Shown here: positions 1-12,200 of the stretch, piece after piece | Position numbering within the stretch: the stretch's first letter is position 1 | Layout of the letters: every line of letters begins with the position of its first letter | Assembly (NCBI GenBank): GCA_003344405.1 | Contig: NOWV01000015.1 | Span: 682,001 to 746,000, forward strand | Direction: 5' to 3' | DNA from: Trichoplax sp. H2 | Lineage: Eukaryota | Length of the DNA stretch: 64,000 nt | Notes under the pieces: generated by a model | Databases searched by the model: none | What the model saw: the letters and a program-made list of their open reading frames with translations, nothing else | Told to the model about the DNA's origin: nothing | Translations under genes and position numbers: made by a program

Positions 1-821
1 TTATAAACTGATATACTGTATACTAAATATACTGAAAAAGTGATGACTTTATCGCTATATGTATTGTATTTATAGTAGGTACGAGATCAATCGCAGTAAG
101 CAGTTTCTAAAGTTAAGCATTTTACGCTCTCATTTACAAATATCAAATTCTATTGATTACAATACTATGCGACGTCCTGTATGTATGGTGATAGTGAGAG
201 TAGTAATCCCATCACTTCATACATGTGTAAAGACAACTGTAATAGCTGATTTCTGAAGTTAGAGATTTATTTTTTAAATTTATAGACTGCAATACAAAAT
301 GTAAATACAAGTATACGAGTCTAAATAACAACAACTAATTTTGAAATTGAGAACTTTTTACCCTCTGGTTTGTCCAATTTCAATACCATTTCGACTGTAC
401 TGTATATAATGAATAAACCATCGTCTGTAAGATAATTTGATAGAAATACATAATGATGTTAGACCGTACGTATGTAAAAAAGTATGTATTTTTGAAGCAT
501 TATAGTCAAATAAGCTATACGCCTACGTTTTTACTGATGATAATCATGAGCCTTTAGAAAAATAACATATTTTTCTAAAAAGCCCCAGCCTAATAACCTT
601 CTGTTTCTAATATGGTATCAACCTTCTCATATCTTGTTTGCTATAAATTATTAATTGGATATATCTAATGAATTAACTTTCGATATTTAAGATTCAACTT
701 TTTTATAATAACAATGAATGTGAAACGGAGGTTAAGATTACTAAATACGATACCGTACTTGTGGCTATGTATGGAATTTTAAATTATTAACTGTTAAATA
801 TATTGCCAACCCTAATGCTAG

Positions 822-3800
822 GTTTCTACGGCAAGCCGTGGAGTTTCGAGCAGCGCAAGACTTTATTTTCAAAGTAAGCGATATTTCATATTTTAGATAA
901 ACGCATGCATTTGACATTACTAGTCTAAGATATTGTAGTGCAAATCAACTAAATAAATATAATAATAAGACATTACTCTCATATGTATAAATATAATCTA
1001 ACATAGTTTTATACGTAGGTAGTAATTACTGATCTTGCAGCCCGAAATTAATTCCAATTCATTTAAACCCTAAAAAAATACGTTACATTTAAAGTATTTT
1101 ACGTTAGCATACATTACACTCTTATTACGTGATATGCAGATCTTTGTAGTCCTTTTGAACGTCATAGAAATAAGTAATAGCTGGTTTATTAATCAGTTGT
1201 TATTTATTTTTCAATAACTATTACAGCATGGCCAAGTGGGGGTTAAATACGTATATGTACGGGCCTAAAGATGATGAGAAGCACCGTGCTGCATGGAAGC
1301 AAGCTTATTCCAAGCGTGAAGGGGGTAAACTCCTATTTGCGAAATTATTTAAATCTAAATCGTTAAAATTAATGGTACATATCACTCTATAAGGGTCTTT
1401 GCTTTTTATTTAAATCTCACAGATAGCCTACGAGCTCTAATACGGGCAGCTGAAGAGAGTGGCATTTTATTCATTTATGCTATCTCACCAGGTGTTGATA
1501 TTACATATTCCAGTAATCGTGATATGAAATTTCTAAAAGACAAGCTTGATCAGGTGGGTAGTTTTTTAATGCTTTCAAACTTTATTTTAATATCTAATGA
1601 AATTGGCATTGGGTGTGCCTATAATATTAATCTTTGGAAAGCACTTGGGTAATACTCTGATAAGTAGCCTTGAATTGTTCCATAACTAAATAATACGACT
1701 TCTTTTAGAAGAAATAGGTTCATCAGTATTTATGCATATTTTTCTACTTAACTGTTTACCATTAGCTGTATAATCGCCGTATTTGTTAACGATCAACATT
1801 TATAATGGACATATGGGTATTGTAGTCATCATGCGAGTATGTCACAAATAATGTCTTATCTTATTTTACTCTTTTGACGTACACGTGATATACTAAAATA
1901 TTATAACTTTACGTGTATTCAGATACAAAATTACAATTACAATTTAAAATCTGTGATGTTCGCATATTAAATATCCTTAGAATGTATTAAAAGCAATTAT
2001 TTGAAACTGACGAGGTATAACGATCACTTCTCATAATGATTCGTAGATTCGAAATTTTGGCTGTAATTCCTTTGCTATATTCTTCGATGATATCGATACT
2101 GTTATGTGCTTACAAGATCAAGAAGAGTTTGAGTCCTTTGCTGCTGCACAAGTAGAAGTTACGAATGAGATATATAAATATCTAGGGATGCCAGCTAACT
2201 TTCTATTTTGCCCTACTGGTATAAGTACCGTTTCGATAGATTCGATATGAATATTTGATTGTCGTATTTTCTTTATTTGCCGCATGGGTAAATTACTTTT
2301 ATTTCTTTACTTAGAATACTGTGCTGCTCGAGCAGATCCGAATGTTAAAGAATCTAAATATTTAGTTACTGTAGGTACTGGCTTACATTCTGATATCCAT
2401 ATAATGTGGACAGGTATGTATCATATAACTACTGTACCTAACTGATGAAATATTAACGGGTCCTGATGATGCAATTATTATTTTCGGTACATTGAAGGTC
2501 CTAAAGTAGTCTCTAACAAAATTAGCGTAGAGTCTATACTGGAACTACAGACAGTTCTTCGGCGAAAACCTGTAATATGGGATAATATTCATGCCAATGA
2601 CTATGAACAAGGTAGACTTAACCTTGGTCCCTACGATTGTAGACCTGCAGAACTAATGGAATCATTGAATGGAATATTCACAAACCCTAATTGCGAATTT
2701 GAACTTAATTACGTACCGATAAGAACATTTTCTTTATGGTGTCAAAGTAAATGTACCAGATTTAACTACGATGTTGAAAAAGCGCTAGAACAATCAATTA
2801 GAGAGTGGACTGAAGAATTTTGTATTCCTCGACTGCCCGATGGATATCTCTTAGAAGCTGATACTTCTGATACTAACGTAAATGAATACATGGATGATGA
2901 AATGCAATCCGACTCAAGACCAATTTCTCCAGCAAATTCAATGGAAACTGATAAAGATGAACTAACAGTAAAAGATATCAGATTGCTAGTTGAGCTATTT
3001 TATCTCCCCCAAAAGCATGGCAAGACTGCCAATGACCTCCTAGCTCAAGCAAAGTGGTTAAAGTCGAACTTTAGAATAGCAGCACTATCTAGAAAGCCGA
3101 ATGATACTTCAGAGGGTAGCAACCTGGACGAGCATAATACTGACTATATTGCTGCAAAGGTAATGATAACTCAATAAATTAGCTTAGTCATGCAAAGATT
3201 GCACAGTTAGACATTAAATCGTTAATAAAAATACAACTTCATTGCTAAATAATGCGATAGAATGAAAACTTTATCATTTTGAAAAGCATTATTAAAGTTG
3301 GCGTAACATTATTGCCCACATGTTATACAATCCATCGATACTTTTAAATCATTTACTAACTCCGGATCTACCCTTTGTTTTCCCAAATATTTCATCTATT
3401 TCATTTCATTACGAATTACATTATGATATTAAGGGAATCGCGTATACTGCATAACTATTCTGAACTATAAAGTACAACTAGATTATAAGTTTCACTTCAA
3501 CTGATAGAACACTCATCATTATTGTCTTGGAATACAGGAATGGGATAAAAGATTTTCTAAATTTCGATCAATATGCCAAATTATTCATCAATTCGGGGAT
3601 CGCTTGATGACATGTCGAAATCGTGTACTGCTTTATGAAGTATACAACTACGTTGCAGATCTATGCGGAATCTTATATCATCTAATATCACGAATTCATT
3701 CTTTAGGTGAGATATTAAAGGTAGCTCCAGTTAAAACTATTACCTTTTACGTAGCATTAATTACGTTATTTACTTACCAATGATAGCAAATCCAGAAAAG

Positions 3801-5141
3801 CTGGAGAAAAGGAGTGACTCAGAACAAAGTTCTTTTCGCTATGGTGGCTTTGTAGGCGATATTCATGTAATACAGGAATACATGGTGTGCCATGCCAGAT
3901 ATGATATCTATCGATTTTATTTAATTGCTTTTATCTATATTTAGCGCCTCATAGTAAGCACTGATGAATACGAAGAATCAACGTTAAAGAATTCTGATGC
4001 GTATGTGATACGCCCATTTATGCCATCAGATGAAGTAATCACATTTGGCTTGACCGAAACTTATAGATCTTGTATCACTTATACTGTTAAATTCATTGTA
4101 TTGTTTAGGAGACTCTGTATGATTTATGTCTGAAATCATGCATTGAAAATTCCAATGGCGATGAAATTTACAAAAGAGAACCAAGGATTATTGGCGATAG
4201 GTAATAAATCGAATCTAGAATGAGGCGCTTATTATGAGTAGAATACAGTGGTATTCAATAATATTGGTATCTGTTTGAACATTGTAAAATTATAGGGATC
4301 TAGGAGCATATATTTACTTACATCCAGAGTATATTTACGTACTGGAAGATGACCGAGATAAAATCTGTGGCTATCTATGCGGTGCATTAGATTCTAAACA
4401 GTTCTATGAGCGATATGAATCGGAGTGGTTAACGCAAGTATGAGCAAGAAGATGATAAAAAATTAAAGCAGGTATAATCTAATATTAATCTGTCTTGAAA
4501 CTAGATCCGTGATCGTCACCCCCAACCTGAAAATGATATTGCGTCCTGGACTCCAGAAGAGGTCTGCTCATTACTCATTAGTATGCCTGTAATATCTTTG
4601 TTATCGAACTTCCTGATTGGTATTCCAAATATCCTGATCTACTATAGATTGTAGCGAATTCTTTTTATAATTTTACGCCACCAACGGATGTGTCTGTATT
4701 GTATCTGTCACATTTGGAAGCTAGATTTGATTCATCTGTTCCGGTCAGTTTAGGGCTTATAAAAATGTGTTTAATGTTAATTCAACTTAAGTTACTAATT
4801 CTACAAAATTTATATTAATTCCTATTTATAACATCCCCATTCTATAAAACCTGACAGTTTTGCTTTATCATAACACTATAGGAAAAGGTCATAAAAAGAA
4901 TAATTCGATTTATACTTGAACAATTGAAAGCTAAAGGTTAGTTTATGTACATTTGCATCCTCTTAATGTAAACTAACCATTGCTTGATTTCTTAATGGAA
5001 GGGTCATATGGAGCATCAATGCTAATCGATTCATGGAGGACTAATCTCCGCAGAATATTTACGTCAATGGGTTTTGTAGACCTGCAAGAGTACAGTTGGA
5101 TGTCTGAACAAAAGTGCATGATTGCTATTAAATTAATGTAG
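822..5141 (+). CDS. OGA: O-GlcNAcase (GH84 catalytic domain, stalk, C-terminal pseudo-HAT domain); about 15 exons seen, 5'-most coding exon not found in the window
   Basis: Spliced translation gives [13 protein letters not shown] (822-873), [14 protein letters not shown] (catalytic Asp-Asp), [63 protein letters not shown] and a GNAT-like tail ([24 protein letters not shown]) ending at TAG 5139-5141. All introns are GT-AG. Confidence 0.95.
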
Positions 5142-6116
5142 CCGATACTGTGTTTATGGTCAGATTGTTTAGTGCAAAATATAATTATATGGTATTATTG
5201 TTGAATACTTTGCTTTTCATGCTGCATGATTTTAGTACACATTTCGGGCATATATACATATATATATCTATATCTATATATACTCGTATAATATATTTAT
5301 ATATTGATATGATTGTTCCGGCAAAACATCAGTGATCACAATGTATTATAAGAGTCAACCATTTTATTTTATATTAATGTTATTTCTCATATATAGTCGA
5401 ATTCTTATCTCCACAGCAATTTATCTCTGAAAGTTAATAAATATCTACCTTTATTCTGAAGTTACAAAGGGCTACATAAAATTTTTTTCCCAAACAATCT
5501 CCGAATTAACCAGCATGAAGATACTTTATTGTCATATAATTGTTGCCAAAAATGTCCTCTAAGTTAGATTAGATGCCTATCAAATACTTCGTTAATGTAT
5601 CCATTTTCTAATTGTAGCACAGGATTTGTTTCAAGCATGTGGAGTTTAATAGTTTAAATCAAAAAATTAAATACTGTATGAGATATATTGCCAGATGTAG
5701 TTTATTATAATTTATGTTAAAAATTCTTAACAACAGTCAAATGTACAAGTTTAATTGTAGCTTACAACAATTCACAGGAGAACAAGTTTTTTTCTTACAA
5801 ATTAAATTCTGTATTGGACTGTTGTCGAGTGCAATAATGAAGCCTGCTTCACATGTAATTGAAAATGCTTTAACGAATATCATCAGATATTCTAGTACTC
5901 TAACATAACCTACCTTATAACCATCTATTCGAGACAATTAAATATCTCTGATTAGCACTGAGCTAATTTGGATGTATATATCGTCTGCGCTTCGACAGTA
6001 GAATGTAGGTAATTTTATTTTAAATCATAGATATTTACATTATGAGCATTTACTGCAATATACGTTAGGTCGTAATGTATAGCAATTATCAGTAATTATA
6101 CTTGATAATTATATTA

Positions 6117-7178
6117 TCACACAGTATAAAACTTTTTAATGCGATAATACTCTTTTAATATTTGTGATGATGTTGGCCGTAGCTTCGGATTTATTAACCG
6201 GCATAACTTATGCAATGGCCTTAACTCATGTAAAATGGTTAAACATACAGGACAATCATTACTTGTTAAGATATACTCTGTCACTTTAGGTAATTTCCAG
6301 ATATCAGTTTTTTCATCGTAGCCAAGCATTTGGCTGTCGTTAAAAGGAAGAGATGGATAAGGCCAAAGTTGTTCTGGAGCAACAAAATCTCCAAATAACT
6401 GTCTACGACCGCATTTAATCAATTGATTATTTAAACGGTCGACGTAAGGCAATGCATCAACATCATTGAGTATCATTCGAAGATCTTGAGAAATGACATA
6501 TTGTGATAGAGTTTTGATGAGATTATTGGAATCGCACATAACCAATGTCCCTCTAGGGCTGTTATGTAAGAAATGAATAATATTAACATAATCTAGAGCG
6601 AGTTGATATCGAATGTTGGCATTATGGCTAATATTTAATTGCTGTAAAATAGTTTGTATGTTATCAGCTGAGCCATATGGATGATATTCTGTGATTACAT
6701 GATGATTACACATACCCAAAAATTTAATAACAAATGGAGATGATTGCAATGATATTATCATTGAGATACCATGCATGAAATCTGGTCGATAATGATGATT
6801 AGCTAATATCGATAAGGCTACAGAATAGGAATTCCATTTCGCTAAGTATACATCACGAATTGCACCAGAACCAATTTGTTGCTTTACTAATAAATGATCA
6901 CGAAGAATATTGCAATCAAGCCAGCGTCGACAAGTGATCCAATGATTGAATGTAAATGATCCATTAGGGCAAGGTCGACATTTATTGTAGATTACTTTGA
7001 GTGCATTGCCTTGACAGTAGCAATTTGAATTGTTAGTTAAGGGCTTCCATCTAGGCTTATAACAACTTGTATTCGTACTTGATAGGACAAGTTGACGAAT
7101 TAGCAAGCCAATGTTAGGTAGTATACAGATGATAATAATGGTCAATGCAAGCTTAATCATTGACAATGAATGGTCCAT
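6117..7178 (-). CDS. POMK: Protein O-mannose kinase (SgK196-like), single coding exon, type II membrane protein
   Basis: 353-aa ORF with an N-terminal TM segment and POMK-specific motifs IGSGAIRDVYL, LVMCDSNNLIKTLSQY, NDVDALP, KCGRRQLFGDFVAPEQLWPY and YDEKTDIWK. Confidence 0.95.
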   Translation of the reverse strand: MDHSLSMIKLALTIIIICILPNIGLLIRQLVLSSTNTSCYKPRWKPLTNNSNCYCQGNALKVIYNKCRPCPNGSFTFNHWITCRRWLDCNILRDHLLVKQQIGSGAIRDVYLAKWNSYSVALSILANHHYRPDFMHGISMIISLQSSPFVIKFLGMCNHHVITEYHPYGSADNIQTILQQLNISHNANIRYQLALDYVNIIHFLHNSPRGTLVMCDSNNLIKTLSQYVISQDLRMILNDVDALPYVDRLNNQLIKCGRRQLFGDFVAPEQLWPYPSLPFNDSQMLGYDEKTDIWKLPKVTEYILTSNDCPVCLTILHELRPLHKLCRLINPKLRPTSSQILKEYYRIKKFYTV

Positions 7179-7267
7179 GGATCCAGCGTTGTTTATATAA
7201 ACTGATTCATGAAGTTATGATATACCTTAGCTACGAATAACTAGGCAGTAAAGAGTAATAGATATTA

Positions 7268-8310
7268 CTTATTGACAGAGATGTTAACAGTTTTGTCTAC
7301 AAATGAACATGTCGTTGAAAGAATCGCTGATTCGTCCAACTAGCGTAGAGATTCTTAGATAACTTCTATAAATAAAGATGTCAACAGTATTAACTGTCGG
7401 TAAATTAAGACTGAACACGTTAATTTGATCAATCAGTGTGCAGGTGATGGAGTATTTTTACTGACAGAGAAAGGAACTAACAGGGATGCTAAGTGTTTGC
7501 ATGTCCGTCAATAACATGAAAATTCGTTAATTTGATCAGTTAACGTGCAAATACTCCTTATAAGCAAAGATATTCATTATCTTGACTGACGATAAAATAA
7601 GACAGTTGATCGGCTAGTTTATAGAAGATTGGATTTTGACCTAAGCAGAGGCACCGACAGCATTATCGACATATAAATTAAGAGAGAACTCTTTGATTTG
7701 ATCTATCAGCCTTCCAATGTAAGTATGCATATAGACAATGATGTTCATATTTTAGATTGTCGATAAATTACCAGAGAATCAGTCGACCAGCAGCGCAAAA
7801 GACTTGATCTTCTCATGAACAGAGATAGCAATAGTTTTGGTTATCGAACAGTGAAAGAGAACTGGTTAATTTGATAGTTGGAGGTGATCAGGTATTTTTA
7901 TTGATACGAAACAGAAACAAGGGGCTGACAGAGATGTCAACAGTCGATAAATCAAGAGAGCTCACTGATTAGATTAGCCACCATACAGTTTGGATTGTCG
8001 ATAAAATAAGAGAGAATTGATTCATCACCTTGCAGATGATTCGGATCTCGTGACAAAGGGAGCTGCCAGTGGTCTTGGTTGTGGATAAATTAATGAACTT
8101 TGGAGAAAACTGGCTGATCTGATCAGTCTGCGTAGCAATACTTGTCAAAACAAAAATGTTTACAGTCTTAATTGTCGATAAAATAGAGAGAGAATCTGTC
8201 AATCAAAGCGCAGATGATTTGGATTTTTAGCTAGAGAGAGTTGATAGCAGTCTTGATTGTGGATAAGTTGAGAGAAAACTCGTTAATTTGATCAACTAAG
8301 GTGCAGATTG
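7268..8310. repeat. Degenerate tandem array, about 12 units of about 85 bp
   Basis: The core GATTGTCGATAAA(T/A)TAAGAGAGAA and variants recur near 7396, 7503, 7587, 7666, 7757, 7840, 7943, 7995, 8079, 8171 and 8256, often preceded by ACAGAGATGTCAACAGT-like sequence. Confidence 0.8.
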
Positions 8311-9210
8311 TCTGAACATAGACAGTTTGCTGTGCATTATTGGTTATAGCAAAGTTCTTTGCTAACGTTGTACGGAATGTTATCTGGTATCCACTAGTTA
8401 CACACGGTTACCATAGTGTTGCATGATACGCGCTTTTAATTGGTGCTACAATATCAACTGTATTGTACGATTTGCGCACTAGTATAGCAAGTGTTGATGT
8501 TCACCTGCCAGCACCTACCTACCTCAATGGCGGTAGTTGGAGTAAATAAATACAGTAGCATGCATTTACCCTAGCCAATGGATTTTTTCTAGTGGTCTAC
8601 TGCCTACCCTATCATAGTATGCAACACGATTACGTGATTTCTAATAATAAACAAGTCTAATCAATGTGTATGGTTAAAAATAGTAGACTGCATGCAGGTA
8701 TCCAGGCTAATCCAGCTGTGCTAGTTCGACTACCATGGTCAGGGGGCCCCCCATTCATTAACAGTAAGTCGCGGGCATGCCTTTGGTTTATTGTAATTAC
8801 TTGAAGATGGGCTAGAATTACAAGTCATACATGATAGCTCCAACTTGCATTAGCAACGACAAAAATCAACCCATTGAATTGTTAATTAGCCTGAGTTGGA
8901 GAGCAACAGACTAAAGAGTTTAGCGTCCATTCTCGGTTAACCATATTGCTGCTAGTGAAAGGCAACAGCGAGTCTCGACCGTGGTAGGGCATGGTAGAAG
9001 TCATACTGGCCACGATATCACGGCGGTCTCTATATATTCACTAGAGCATTGTAGTCATACATCAGTACCATCACTTCAATATTGACACACAACTAGCAGT
9101 CAGTGAGTCACGCCTCGATTGCCTAGGCATGGCATAACAACCGTGGGTAAAAGAGGCTATTTCTAGTACGCACGCGCACCACCCATCCAAGTTCAAGCAG
9201 TAGAATGACC

Positions 9211-12200
9211 ATGGACGATCGCCAGCAGGTAAAAATGGAGGAAAATGATTTGAGTTCAAGATTGGAATAACATGCAAAAAATTGTCAATTTTATGACTAT
9301 ATTATATATTAAAGATGATTAAAATCAATGGAAGCATCCTTATAGTGTAAAATCAAAGTAAAATTTAATTTTATTTGACCTTATTAGATTCTTCGAATTG
9401 AGGCCTTGTGCAAAGATTTATACGAATCGACTGATGCCACGCAAAGAAGTCAAGCACAAGAAGCCTTGGTAGCCATTTCCAATTCTGATAATTGCTTAAC
9501 AGAATGCCAATTTCTGTTAGAACATAGTACAGTAAGTCATTCTATAAGGCATAAATTTATCATAATGGATTCATGATATGGATTGAATCGCCATCGATTG
9601 CCTATCAGTTTGGTTTTACTATTTTTATTAAAAAAAAAAACTATCAAGTTATTCTGCACAGTCTACTGTACGTTGACTAAGACCACTCGCACAGTCATCA
9701 AAACGTTCAGTTATAACTAGGACTGTAAATCCTATACACAGATAGCATTCCCTTTTTACGAGCGAGAAATAACACCTAGTTCAACATTGCAAAGACATGG
9801 TAAAGAAAATGATGGCGTCGAAATGATGCTATAGTGGAAAAGAAAACGCCATGAAGATAATAATGAACAGGCGTCAAGTAGGGTCGATTCTTGCAGTAAT
9901 ACTGGTATCATGCTATATGATGACGACGTAATCGCGTTTGAATAGCCCTAGAATCGCTCTTTTCCTCCCTCCATCGACGAGCAGATGTTTTCGATCTTAC
10001 CATTAAAATCATCATTTTACTCCATTTGACCATGGAAAATAACAAAATGGATCATCCTTATCTATCGTAGGATGATATTAATGATAATATCAACGCATTC
10101 CATGACCAAATCGAGCGTCCATTTTTACTTCATTTTATGATGGTTGTTATTTGCATGCTGCGACGAGAATCAATATTGATGACGCTGATGTAATCAACTG
10201 TTGTTTAGCGTCGACTGATTGGCATCAAATAATTAATCGATGGTGATGACTATTTTCAATTAATGGAGTTTATTTTTTTCTCTCTCTCTTCATTAGTCTC
10301 CCTATGCACAAATGTTTGCCTCGCAATCATTAATCAAGCTAATCTCACGAACGACATCATCGTTACCCTTAAATCATCGATTAGAAATGCGTAAGGATAA
10401 ACAACATAGATTCAATGGATATATCAACACTACAATTCCTTTCTTATCCTATCTGCAGATGCTTTAAATACGTGTTGTTATTATTTTTGACTATTCTAGG
10501 TAATTACTTACTGAACTATCTAGCTACACGACTCAAATTGACCAATTTTGTAGCCCAAGCTTTAATGAAGGTATGATATTAGAATAACCTCTCTTACAAT
10601 GAACAATGTTTATCATCAACGATAAAAATGAAATAACCCTGATAATACTATTTTGAAGCAGTATGTAATTTGTTTTTTTATCATCAACATCATCTAGTTA
10701 TTAGCAAGAATTACCAAGTATAGTTGGTTTGAAATGCAAAAAGAACAATATGTCTTTCAAACTGTTGTAAATGATGTGATGAATAAATTCTTGCAAGGAA
10801 ATTCTATCGATACGTGCGTTATTGGCATTCAGATTTTAACTAATTTAATTATAGAAATGAATCAGGTAAGAGTGGACTAGTTGCAACTTCACACGTTTAT
10901 AATTATGTAGACCATAACGTCTACCATTGCCTTGAATTGGTTTTTTATAGGTTGCTGATCCATCCAGATCGTTTGCCAAACAACGAAAGGTAACATACAT
11001 AAACAAAAACGATTTAAGTATTTTTTATGTCAAACAAGCCCCATTTTAAATCAGTACAAAAATGCATATTATCTTATCGAAAACATTTAGGTTGCAGCGT
11101 CCTTTCGTGATTCAGTACTATTAGATATGTTTAATGTCGCATGCTCATTCCTCAAACAGGTAACTTAATAATATTATATGAATTGAAAATATTATTATCA
11201 ATAATATAAAATACTCTTTATGGGTAAACAACCTTGCACTAAACTAATATTTTTTGCGTTCATAACTTTATCATATCCAATTTTAGTTAACAAAGAAACC
11301 AGTAGATCAAAATAACCAAGAACAAGTAAGTCTTATCATTTTTCGAGATAATAGTAATCAATTATGCTTGAATATGGACTTGATGTAAATTTACTGTGGT
11401 CATCACTTTTTAAAATCTCTAGGTGACCTTAGTTAGCAGTCTATTACAGCTTACTGTGCAAGTATTATCCTTCGATTTTATCGGTTCATGTATAGATGAA
11501 GCATCCGATGACGTTAGCACCGTGCAAATACCAACATCATGGAGACAAGGTAAATTCTAAGATGAATTATTAACGTCCGTCAATAATTTCTTAATGTTAA
11601 CAATAAGCATGCATCTAAAGTGATTGTTGTTCTCCTTTCTTAAACATTCTAAATTGCATTACTGTGTGCTCGTAAGAAGTATCACCATATTTCTTATAGT
11701 TTACTAACATAAAATAATAAATCTTGCTTTTTTTATAGCTTTCCTAGATGGTAGTCTACTGGATCTATTCTTCAACTTGTATGGAGTATTCAATTCATCA
11801 CTAACTGCGTTGGTAAGTCTTCTCAAATAAGTTATGTATGTGATTAAAATCTGGATAAAAATCTCCAATAGTAGATGCTCTTGTAAATATTATTGTAGCA
11901 AAATTCTTGATTGAGCTAAAATTAGTAAGCTACATTGCTTAAAATTCAATATCACTAAGAGCGGTTGTTTACTAATAGTCACTATCATGCTTGGTCCATC
12001 TGGCTTCAGTGAGACGATCTTTATTTAATAACAATGAGCGACCTATTTACCTTAATTCGCTTGTACAAGGAATTAGAAGCGTATTAGAAAAACCTCAGGT
12101 GAATATGAAGTCTATTTTGACAACATGGTACTACCAATTATAGCAAAATTGCCTAATGCCTAAGTTTTCATTACTCTAAATCTCTTACTGATAGTATCTT

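Noticed and set aside
59-821. ORF 59-256 and ATG near 714 as the OGA start
   Set aside because: Neither encodes the expected CGVVE-type sequence or offers a compatible phase-1 donor; the first exon is probably upstream of the window.
7268-8310. CRISPR-like look (conserved core plus variable spacers) and ORF 7969-8202 with repeated LSTIKT
   Set aside because: Eukaryotic context, no cas genes, degenerate cores and mutually homologous spacers. The peptide repeat just reflects the DNA repeat.
8527-8770. Alternative XPO7 start exons (ATGGCG|GT at 8527, ATGCAG|GT at 8692)
   Set aside because: The 18-nt MDDRQQ exon at 9211 has a better donor (CAG|GTAAAA) and matches the short six-codon first exon expected for XPO7.
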